Source: Nitrosopumilus maritimus SCM1
Lineage (GTDB): Archaea; Thermoproteota; Nitrososphaeria; Nitrososphaerales; Nitrosopumilaceae
Direction: 5' to 3'
Assembly: GCF_000018465.1 (NCBI RefSeq)
Contig: NC_010085.1
Span: 780,001-812,000 of the forward strand
Length of the DNA: 32,000 nt
Position 1 is the first letter of the stretch. Each line of letters opens with the position of its first letter. The notes beneath the pieces are model-generated. The model searched no databases and was not told where the DNA came from. It saw only the letters and a list, made by a program, of their open reading frames with translations. This document shows positions 14,619 through 22,021 of this stretch, one piece after another. Made by a program: the position numbers and the translations under genes.

Positions 14619-14807
14619 TTACTGTAATGAATAATGGACATCACAAAATAGCACAGTTCCATTTGGCAAAGTTTTTGCAGTAATAGAGTGGCCATCTTCC
14701 AATCCTTTGCCACACACATAGCACTCTACTTTGCTTACTGAAGTCTGAATGTCTTGTTTTTTGAGAATTTGCATGTCCTGCATAATTGCTCGATTTACCC
14801 CCTGCAT
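14619..14807 (-). CDS. TRASH/YHS-like zinc-ribbon small protein, 62 aa, divergent from trpE
   Basis: VECYVCGKGLEDGHSITAKTLPNGTVLFCDVHYS has C-x2-C-x21-C-x2-H, close to the TRASH C-x2-C-x19-22-C-x3-C pattern. Confidence 0.5.
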   Translation of the reverse strand: MQGVNRAIMQDMQILKKQDIQTSVSKVECYVCGKGLEDGHSITAKTLPNGTVLFCDVHYSLQ

Positions 14808-14924
14808 GGTAACTATACTACGATCAACTAGCCTATAAAGGTACCGTACTATACGGTAACCACTATGAGCCTAGAAGATAAGCCAATTTAGACAAGAATT
14901 GTGACAACAAAACCTACTTTACAA

Positions 14925-14936
14925 TTTAAATAATAA
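14925..14936 (+). promoter_or_regulatory. TATA-like box of the trp operon
   Basis: TTTAAATAATAA is centred about 29 nt upstream of the trpE GTG (14959). This implies a leaderless or very short-leader mRNA. Confidence 0.4.
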
Positions 14937-14958
14937 ACCACTAAAATTTTGTCTATGG

Positions 14959-16308
14959 GTGGACACCTTTGGAAAGACTCAAGCAAAAGTAATACCCCTA
15001 GATTTATCTGAAAACCAGTTTCAAATTTACAATAAAATTTCAAGAAATTATTCACATTCATTTCTATTTGAATCACTTACCGGTCCCGAAGTTTTAGCTG
15101 AAACATCAGTGATGGGTTTTGACCCAAAAGTAATTCTCAAGGGATATTCAGACAAGGTAGAGATAATTCAAGAAGGCAAAACAAAGACCATACAAACTAG
15201 CGACCCATTTTCAGAATTAAAAAAACTACTTGGAAAATCAGATGATCAAAGTTACAGATATCTCGGAGGGGCAGTAGGAGTTGTAAATTATGATGCAATT
15301 AGAATGGTAGAAGACATTCCAGATACTCATAATTCACCTCAACCATTAATGGAATTTGGAATTTATGATGATGGGTTGTTATATGACAATGTACACAAAA
15401 AATTATTTTATTTCTATCATGATGAAAACAGATTTGAAAAATTAGTTATGAGTGATGATGAGTTTGAAGAATTTCATTCAAGTGAGGTCACACCAAACAT
15501 GGACAAGACAAAATTTTCAGAAATCGTAAACAAAGCAAAAGAGTACATTCATGATGGGGACATATTCCAAGTAGTGCTATCACGCAAGTTTGCATTTGAC
15601 ACATCTGGAGATAATCTTACATTATACAAAACACTAAGAAAATTAAATCCATCACCATACATGTATCATCTAAAACAAGAAAATAAAACAATAATTGGTG
15701 CATCTCCAGAAATGTTAGTTAGAATTACAGATGATAAAGTAGAAACATTCCCCATTGCAGGAACTAGAAAAATTACAGATGATGAAGAGAAAAATAAGCA
15801 ACTAGCTGAAGAGTTAATCCATGATGAAAAAGAGTTAGCAGAACACACAATGCTTGTAGATTTGGGAAGAAATGATATTGGACGAGTTTGCAAATATGGA
15901 ACAGTTCATCCAGAATCATTAATGGAGATAAAGAGATTCAGTCATGTCCAACATATTGTCAGCCATGTTGTAGGCAATTTGGCGCCTGAAAATGACATGT
16001 TTGATGCATTTCAGGCAGTATTTCCAGCAGGAACAGTATCAGGGGCACCCAAGGTAAGAGCCATGGAGATTATAGATGAGTTAGAGACTGAGTCCAGAGG
16101 CCCATATGCAGGTGCAGTCGGATATTTTTCATACAATGGATGTTGTGATTTTGCTATTGCAATTAGAAGCATATTCATCGAAGACGGAAAGGGATTTGTC
16201 CAATCAGGTGCAGGAATTGTTTCTGATTCAATCCCAGAAAATGAATTCAAAGAGACAGAGCACAAAGCAGGTGCAATGCTGCAAGCATTAAAGGAGGCAT
16301 CATCATGA
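14959..16308 (+). CDS. trpE: anthranilate synthase component I
   Basis: FLFESL, LSRKF, NPSPYMYHL, GAVGYFS and GAGIVSDS motifs. GTG is the only in-frame start before the conserved N-terminal region. Confidence 0.95.
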   Translation: MDTFGKTQAKVIPLDLSENQFQIYNKISRNYSHSFLFESLTGPEVLAETSVMGFDPKVILKGYSDKVEIIQEGKTKTIQTSDPFSELKKLLGKSDDQSYRYLGGAVGVVNYDAIRMVEDIPDTHNSPQPLMEFGIYDDGLLYDNVHKKLFYFYHDENRFEKLVMSDDEFEEFHSSEVTPNMDKTKFSEIVNKAKEYIHDGDIFQVVLSRKFAFDTSGDNLTLYKTLRKLNPSPYMYHLKQENKTIIGASPEMLVRITDDKVETFPIAGTRKITDDEEKNKQLAEELIHDEKELAEHTMLVDLGRNDIGRVCKYGTVHPESLMEIKRFSHVQHIVSHVVGNLAPENDMFDAFQAVFPAGTVSGAPKVRAMEIIDELETESRGPYAGAVGYFSYNGCCDFAIAIRSIFIEDGKGFVQSGAGIVSDSIPENEFKETEHKAGAMLQALKEASS

Positions 16309-16901
16309 AATTTTTGATCATAGACAATTATGATTCGTTTGTGTACAACATTGCACAGTATCTAGGAGAATTAGGAGTGGATTGTGATGTGATTAGAAAT
16401 GACAAGATTACCCTAAATGAAATTCAAGAAAAGAAATATGATGCAATAATTATTTCTCCAGGTCCAGGAACACCAGAAGACAAAAAATACTTTGGAGTAT
16501 GCAGTGAAGTAATCAAAGACATGGGTTCAAGCACACCAATACTAGGAGTCTGTCTTGGACATCAAGGAATCATTGATGCATTTGGGGGAAAGGTAACTAA
16601 TGCAGGATGTGTAAGACATGGAAAAACAAGTCCTGTTAATCATGAGGATTCAAAATTATTCAAAGATGTTAAAAATCCATTTAGAGCAACACGTTATCAT
16701 AGTCTAGTAGGAGATAAGACCATAATTCCAGAAGTTCTAAAAGTTACCGCAACTGCATCAGATGACGGAGAAGTTATGGCAATAGAGCACAAAGACTATC
16801 TAATTCAAGGAGTTCAATTTCATCCAGAATCAATCATGACAGAAGATGGTAAAAAAATCCTATCCAACTTTATCCAACAAGTAAAGGAGAAACAGAAATG
16901 A
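16305..16901 (+). CDS. trpG: anthranilate synthase component II (glutamine amidotransferase)
   Basis: GVCLGHQ (Cys nucleophile) and VQFHPES. ATGA overlap with trpE. AAGGAGG lies 7 nt upstream. Confidence 0.95.
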   Translation: MKFLIIDNYDSFVYNIAQYLGELGVDCDVIRNDKITLNEIQEKKYDAIIISPGPGTPEDKKYFGVCSEVIKDMGSSTPILGVCLGHQGIIDAFGGKVTNAGCVRHGKTSPVNHEDSKLFKDVKNPFRATRYHSLVGDKTIIPEVLKVTATASDDGEVMAIEHKDYLIQGVQFHPESIMTEDGKKILSNFIQQVKEKQK

Positions 16902-17944
16902 TTTCAGACTTAATTTCAAAATTACAAGAAAAAACAGACCTCACATATGATGAGATGAATCAAGTAATGACAGATGTCCTTTCTGGCAAGACAACTGATT
17001 CAGAAAATGCAGATTTTCTATCAAATCTTACAGACAAGGGCGAAACAGATGATGAATTATTAGGCATGCTTGACAAAATGCAGGAATTTTCATTGAAAAT
17101 TGAGCCTAAAAACACTGGAACCATTATTGACATGTGTGGAACAGGAGGAGACAAGCTACAGACATTCAATATTTCCACTACAGCATCATTTGTTGTGGCT
17201 GCTGCAGGAGGAGTTGTAGCAAAACATGGTAATCGTTCAAGTTCAGGAATTTCAGGCAGTGCAGATATTTTTGAGTATTTTGGATATGACTTGAATTTAG
17301 AACCACCTAAAATTGCAGAAATTCTAGAAAAACACAACATCTGTTTTATGTTTGCACAAAAATTTCACCCAGCAATGAAGCATGTGTCTGTAGCAAGAAA
17401 GCAGTTAGGAAAGAGAACTGCGTTTAATTTACTTGGTCCATTATCCAATCCGGCAAAAGTAAAAAACCAACTTGTAGGAGTTTTCTCAATAGAGTATCTA
17501 GATAGATTACCATTAATCCTAAAGAGAAAAGGTGCACAAAATATCATGACTGTTCGTTCAGATGATGGAATGGATGAGTTCTCTACTAGTTCAACTAACA
17601 GAGTGTGTGTTTTGAGAGATGATAAAGTTTTGATGAATGCAATTGATCCAGAAGTAGTGGGATTACACAAATCATCATTAACAGATATTCAAATTCAAAC
17701 TAAAGAAGACGCAATAGAATCATTTGTTGGAGTTTTGAACAATACTGCAAATCAAGCAATGATTGAGACAACTGCACTTAATGCAGCAGGAGGGTTAATT
17801 GTTGCAAATATCTCAAATAACTTTGAAGAAGCAGTTGAATTAGCGTTAAACACAATTAAAGATGGCAAAGCATTCTCATTATTAGAGAAATTTGTACAAG
17901 ATACAGGAGACATTTCAAAATTAAAGGAGATTGCTGATGGCTGA
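16898..17944 (+). CDS. trpD: anthranilate phosphoribosyltransferase
   Basis: DMCGTGGDKLQTFNISTTASFVVAAAG and KHGNRSSSG. ATGA overlap with trpG. AAGGAG lies 8 nt upstream. Confidence 0.95.
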   Translation: MISDLISKLQEKTDLTYDEMNQVMTDVLSGKTTDSENADFLSNLTDKGETDDELLGMLDKMQEFSLKIEPKNTGTIIDMCGTGGDKLQTFNISTTASFVVAAAGGVVAKHGNRSSSGISGSADIFEYFGYDLNLEPPKIAEILEKHNICFMFAQKFHPAMKHVSVARKQLGKRTAFNLLGPLSNPAKVKNQLVGVFSIEYLDRLPLILKRKGAQNIMTVRSDDGMDEFSTSSTNRVCVLRDDKVLMNAIDPEVVGLHKSSLTDIQIQTKEDAIESFVGVLNNTANQAMIETTALNAAGGLIVANISNNFEEAVELALNTIKDGKAFSLLEKFVQDTGDISKLKEIADG

Positions 17945-18713
17945 AAATATTCTAAGAAAACTAGTAAACAATTCACAGATGGCAATTAATGATGGAGTAT
18001 ACGAAGTTGAAGGTAATTTAGAAAAATCAAACAAGGACTTTATTCAAATTATCAAGACTAGCGGACATGCGCCATTACTCACAGAAGTGAAATTTTCATC
18101 ACCATCGTTAGGCAAGATTCGCACGATTACAGACCCTGTAAGCATAGCATCTCAAATGATAGCAGGAGGCTCAAAGGCACTATCCGTATTAACACAACCA
18201 CATCTATTCAACGGTTCACCAGAGTATTTCATGAAAGTAAGACAGGCAGTTGATGTTCCAATGTTAATGAAAGATATCATGATTGACAAAGTTCAGATTG
18301 ATGCTGCAAAAAATATTGGAGCAGACTTTATGTTAGTAATTCAGTCATTATTTGATCAAAATTTTCTAAAAGAGATTGATGAGTTTATTGCATATGGACA
18401 CAAACAAGGACTTCAGATTCTACTAGAAGTACATACAAAACAAGAATTTGAAAATGCATTAAAGACAGAAGCTGATTTGATTGGAATTAACAATAGAAAT
18501 CTAGACACATTAGAAATTGATCTAAAAACCACTGAGACAATATTATCAGGAATTGACAAATCAAGACCAATACTATCTGAAAGTGGCATAGACACACCTG
18601 AAGACATTCAATATCTAAAAAAGTGTGGAGCAGATGCATTTCTGATAGGATCAAGTATAATGAAAAGTGACAACATTGAAGAACAAGTAAAGAAATTGGT
18701 GAATGCGTATTGA
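17937..18713 (+). CDS. trpC: indole-3-glycerol-phosphate synthase
   Basis: [10 protein letters not shown] and [12 protein letters not shown] 17937 is preferred over the track's TTG 17931 because AAGGAG (17924-17929) sits 7 nt upstream. Overlaps trpD by 8 nt. Confidence 0.93.
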   Translation: MAENILRKLVNNSQMAINDGVYEVEGNLEKSNKDFIQIIKTSGHAPLLTEVKFSSPSLGKIRTITDPVSIASQMIAGGSKALSVLTQPHLFNGSPEYFMKVRQAVDVPMLMKDIMIDKVQIDAAKNIGADFMLVIQSLFDQNFLKEIDEFIAYGHKQGLQILLEVHTKQEFENALKTEADLIGINNRNLDTLEIDLKTTETILSGIDKSRPILSESGIDTPEDIQYLKKCGADAFLIGSSIMKSDNIEEQVKKLVNAY

Positions 18714-19897
18714 AGTATCCTAAAAATGGCAGATTTGGAGAATTTGGTGGAAAGTACATTCCAGAAACCCTAGTTCCTGCAATAGAAGAATTGGAAGAAA
18801 ACTATCTTAAATTTAAAAATGACAAAAATTTCAAAAAAGAACTAGATTATTATCTCAAGGTTTACGCAGGTCGTCCAACCCCACTATATTATGCAAAAAA
18901 CTTATCAGAGAAACTAGGTGGTGCAAAAATTTATCTCAAAAGAGAAGACTTGTTGCATGGAGGAGCTCACAAGATAAACAATACACTTGGACAAGCACTA
19001 CTTGCAAAAAAGATGAAAAAGAAAAGAATCATTGCTGAAACTGGTGCAGGTCAGCATGGAGTTGCAACTGCCATGGCATGTGCAACATTAGGAATGAAAG
19101 CCGAAGTATACATGGGCTACAAAGACACTATCAGGCAGAAACTAAACGTATTTCGAATGAATTTACTGGGCTCAAAAGTTCACCCAGTAAAATCAGGTTC
19201 TAAAACACTCAAGGATGCAATCAATGAAGCAATCAGAGATTGGATTACAAATGTAGAGACTACTTACTATCTACTTGGTTCAGCAGTAGGACCCCACCCA
19301 TACCCTGTAATGGTCAGAGACTTTCAAAGTGTTATTGGAAATGAAATAAAATCACAGATGAAAAAACTAAACAAAACACCTGACAGTGTAATTGCATGTG
19401 TAGGTGGAGGTTCCAATGCAATCGGCACATTTTATCCACTAGTGGATTCTAATGCAGAGATTATTGGAGTAGAAGCTGCAGGTCATGGATTAAAATCAAA
19501 AAAACATTCAGCAACATTATCAGCTGGAAGTAAAGGAGTTCTTCATGGCATGATGACATATCTGCTTCAAGATAAAGAAGGACAAATTACAGAGACACAT
19601 AGCATCTCAGCTGGACTTGATTACCCAGGTGTTGGACCAGAGCACTCTTACTTTAAAGACACTAAACGAGTAAAATATCATGCAGCAACAGATACAGAAG
19701 TAATTGACGCATTTCTCATGTTAACTAGAACAGAAGGAATCATTCCAGCTTTAGAATCAGCTCATGCAATTGCAGAAGCAATCAAAGTTGCAAGAAAGAG
19801 TAAAAAATCTGAATCAATTGTAGTAACACTTTCTGGAAGAGGAGACAAAGACGTAGAAGAAGTTCAAAATTATCTGAGTAAAAATGTCAAAGATTAA
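18710..19897 (+). CDS. trpB: tryptophan synthase beta chain (TrpB1 type)
   Basis: [23 protein letters not shown] (PLP Lys) and GAGQHG. TTG start in a TTGA overlap with the trpC stop. Confidence 0.95.
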   Translation: MKYPKNGRFGEFGGKYIPETLVPAIEELEENYLKFKNDKNFKKELDYYLKVYAGRPTPLYYAKNLSEKLGGAKIYLKREDLLHGGAHKINNTLGQALLAKKMKKKRIIAETGAGQHGVATAMACATLGMKAEVYMGYKDTIRQKLNVFRMNLLGSKVHPVKSGSKTLKDAINEAIRDWITNVETTYYLLGSAVGPHPYPVMVRDFQSVIGNEIKSQMKKLNKTPDSVIACVGGGSNAIGTFYPLVDSNAEIIGVEAAGHGLKSKKHSATLSAGSKGVLHGMMTYLLQDKEGQITETHSISAGLDYPGVGPEHSYFKDTKRVKYHAATDTEVIDAFLMLTRTEGIIPALESAHAIAEAIKVARKSKKSESIVVTLSGRGDKDVEEVQNYLSKNVKD

Positions 19898-20690
19898 AGA
19901 AAAGTTTGCAGAATTGCAAACAAGAAAAGAAAAGGCCCTAATTTCATATATTATGGCAGGTTTTCCAAATGAAAAATCAACAATGTCAGTTGTTAGAGGA
20001 TTAGTAAAGGGAGGAGTAGATATTATCGAGTTGGGATTTCCATTCTCTGATCCTCTTGCAGATGGGCCAGTTATTCAAAATGCAAGCACGATATCCCTTG
20101 AGAAAGGCACAAAAATAGACAAATTTTTTGCGCTAGTAAAAAAAATCAGAAAGGAGACAGATATTCCTCTAGTACTCATGACATACACCAATATCCTATA
20201 CCACAAAGGATATTCAAAATTCATAGCAGAGGCAAAAAAATCAGGAATTGATGGATTTATTCTACCAGATATGTCCATAGAAGAATCAAAAGATTATCTT
20301 AAAGCTGCAAGAAAAAATGCAGACACAATATTTCTAATATCCCCCAATACCAATAAAACAAGAATTCAAAAGATTGCCAAAGCATCTTCAGGATTTTTGT
20401 ACCTTGTTGCAGTTTATGGAACTACAGGAGTAAAAACAGGAATTAAAAATTACACTATAGATGCTATCAAAAATGTCAAAAAGCAAACAAAAGGAAAAAT
20501 TCCAGTTGGTGTAGGGTTTGGAGTTTCAACACCTGATGATGTAAAAAAATACATCAAAGCAGGAGCAGATGGAGTAATTGTAGGTAGTGCTTTTTTGAAA
20601 TTAATTGAGAAAACTCCTCAAAACAAACTAGAGTCAAAAATAGCATCATTTACAAAATCACTAAAAAAACAGACATTGCAGAAAAAATAA
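19884..20690 (+). CDS. trpA: tryptophan synthase alpha chain
   Basis: [17 protein letters not shown] and GFGVSTP. Overlaps trpB by 14 nt. Confidence 0.95.
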   Translation: MSKIKEKFAELQTRKEKALISYIMAGFPNEKSTMSVVRGLVKGGVDIIELGFPFSDPLADGPVIQNASTISLEKGTKIDKFFALVKKIRKETDIPLVLMTYTNILYHKGYSKFIAEAKKSGIDGFILPDMSIEESKDYLKAARKNADTIFLISPNTNKTRIQKIAKASSGFLYLVAVYGTTGVKTGIKNYTIDAIKNVKKQTKGKIPVGVGFGVSTPDDVKKYIKAGADGVIVGSAFLKLIEKTPQNKLESKIASFTKSLKKQTLQKK

Positions 20691-20694
20691 GAAC

Positions 20695-20790
20695 CGTCTA
20701 AGTAAGGTGGCCAGGTTTACAAACCGACATAGAGGGGAAACTCAATTTCAGTTATGACCACCCAACTAGATGTTCTCAGAGTATTATAGT
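20695..20790. ncRNA. possible small structured RNA or 3'-UTR element (GC-enriched patch)
   Basis: By hand count, about 25 of 50 nt are G/C in ccgtctaagtaaggtggccaggtttacaaaccgacatagaggggaaactc, against a visibly AT-rich background. Possible helices: GGTGG(20717)...CCACC(~20757), GGTT-TACA-AACC, GAG-gggaaa-CTC. No ORF and no tRNA cloverleaf. Confidence 0.2.
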
Positions 20791-21080
20791 AAAAGAAAAA
20801 TAAAAAATCCACGTTCTAAAAAATTTAAAATTGTTCAAAAATTAAGAAATTTTTTTACAATTGTATAATTTTAAGAATAGAGTTATTTTTCATCAGATTC
20901 ATCTGGCTCATTTGCCTTGTCTCTTACTTTTTTCATTACGCAAAATTTTGCAAGAGTTTTCTTAAATCCCATAAACAAATTAGAAAAGTCAGTAACTTAA
21001 GGATATTGATAGAATCTGTTCAAAAGATGAATCAAAACTAGTCTAGCCACAAAATAGGCAAAATTTCAGCCTCAAATTTA

Positions 21081-21764
21081 TCAGGAAATACGGTCTAATT
21101 TTCTATCTAACGAATTAACTTGATTTATCAGATTTTTCACTACATCATCAAGTGTATCAGTTTTATTTTTTGGAGGGTCATCAGTAGTATCTGACCAATC
21201 AAGCATGGCATTAAAGATAGCACGGACTTGTAGTGAATCATCATACAACTCATCTATACTGATTTGTTTTTTCTTCTCTTCATCTTTAGGATAAATTATC
21301 AAATGACCGTCTTTTGAAATTAAATATTGATTATATGCAAGTGCATCAGCAAAATCAGCTAAAAACAAACCACGTATTGCATTTTTTAATTTTGGATTGT
21401 ATTGCATTTTGTTACAGACTTTTTTAAGAATTTGACTCAGAGTTGTATCTTCATCAAATCCTCCTTTAAGTTTTGTAGAATCTAAAATGATTTTCAAAAA
21501 CTTTTCAAATACGGCAAGATGAGAGTTGACAAATGACATCATAGAGTAGACTGCAAAAATAATCACATCCTCACGTTTTGTATCAAAGTCATCTAATTTT
21601 CTAATCACCTCTGAAAAAGAACTGGAGAATCCCTTTTGAAATCCAATAAAGTTCAAAAAGAATTTTTCATCATGATATTTTGGATTAAAATGATACAATC
21701 CATTTTTTTCAATATCATTTAAGATAACTAGTGTGGCCCTATAGTTTGGATTAGTATTTTCCAC
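21081..21764 (-). CDS. hypothetical protein, 227 aa (GTG start)
   Basis: ORF track entry. GTG is the only in-frame start after an upstream TAA. No motif recognised and no R-x4-6-H HEPN motif seen. Confidence 0.6.
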   Translation of the reverse strand: MENTNPNYRATLVILNDIEKNGLYHFNPKYHDEKFFLNFIGFQKGFSSSFSEVIRKLDDFDTKREDVIIFAVYSMMSFVNSHLAVFEKFLKIILDSTKLKGGFDEDTTLSQILKKVCNKMQYNPKLKNAIRGLFLADFADALAYNQYLISKDGHLIIYPKDEEKKKQISIDELYDDSLQVRAIFNAMLDWSDTTDDPPKNKTDTLDDVVKNLINQVNSLDRKLDRIS

Positions 21765-21800
21765 ATAGTTTCTGAAGTTTGTGTAAACTTAAGTTTTAAT

Positions 21801-21965
21801 TTACATCAAGCGTTCATTTTTTAGTTTTTGTTTATTTCGATAAATAATCAAATGGTAATTGATAATTTGTTTTAGTTTTTCTTCCACAGTTAATTGATCA
21901 GCAGTTGCAATACTTAGAAATCCCAGATAATCAGTGTCATTTAGTTTAAGACGAATCTCTCTCAC
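21801..21965 (-). CDS. possible ribbon-helix-helix (CopG/Arc-like) mini-protein, 54 aa (GTG start)
   Basis: Own translation: (M)REIRLKLNDTDYLGFLSIATADQLTVEEKLKQIINYHLIIYRNKQKLKNERLM, with a beta-alpha-alpha pattern. Lies 36 nt upstream of 21081..21764. Below the track cut-off. Confidence 0.4.
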   Translation of the reverse strand: MREIRLKLNDTDYLGFLSIATADQLTVEEKLKQIINYHLIIYRNKQKLKNERLM

Positions 21966-21983
21966 CAGATATGTTAGTAAAAT

Positions 21984-22021
21984 TGAGCCTAAAAGAGAGG
22001 GTTATTGTAAAAATAGGCTCA
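21984..22021. other. hairpin formed by two copies of the dispersed octamer (TGAGCCTA ... TAGGCTCA)
   Basis: 8-bp perfect arms at 21984-21991 and 22014-22021 with a 22-nt loop. The right arm contains the stop codon of the cupredoxin gene. Confidence 0.6.

Noticed and set aside
523-14900. Calling the ORFan-rich segment a provirus or integrative element
   Set aside because: No integrase, transposase, capsid or packaging gene, att-like direct repeats or flanking tRNA were seen, so it is reported only as an open question.
14888-15076. Track ORF, 62 aa, - strand, across the trpE start
   Set aside because: It is antisense to the trpE N-terminus and its promoter.
15666-20278. Antisense or alternative-frame track ORFs inside the trp genes (15666..15893, 16011..16265, 16106..16291, 16960..17340, 17365..17670, 17752..17985, 18413..18607, 18487..18759, 20075..20278)
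   Set aside because: All lie within strongly supported trp coding regions and have no motifs of their own.
20695-20790. Possible tRNA or tRNA fragment in the GC-rich patch after trpA (also considered for 5100-5180)
   Set aside because: No 7-bp acceptor stem and no GTTCRANYC-type T-loop or cloverleaf could be drawn on either strand.
20886-20972. 28-aa minus-strand ORF (MGFKKTLAKFCVMKKVRDKANEPDESDEK)
   Set aside because: It is too short, has no motif and has no supporting promoter or SD geometry.
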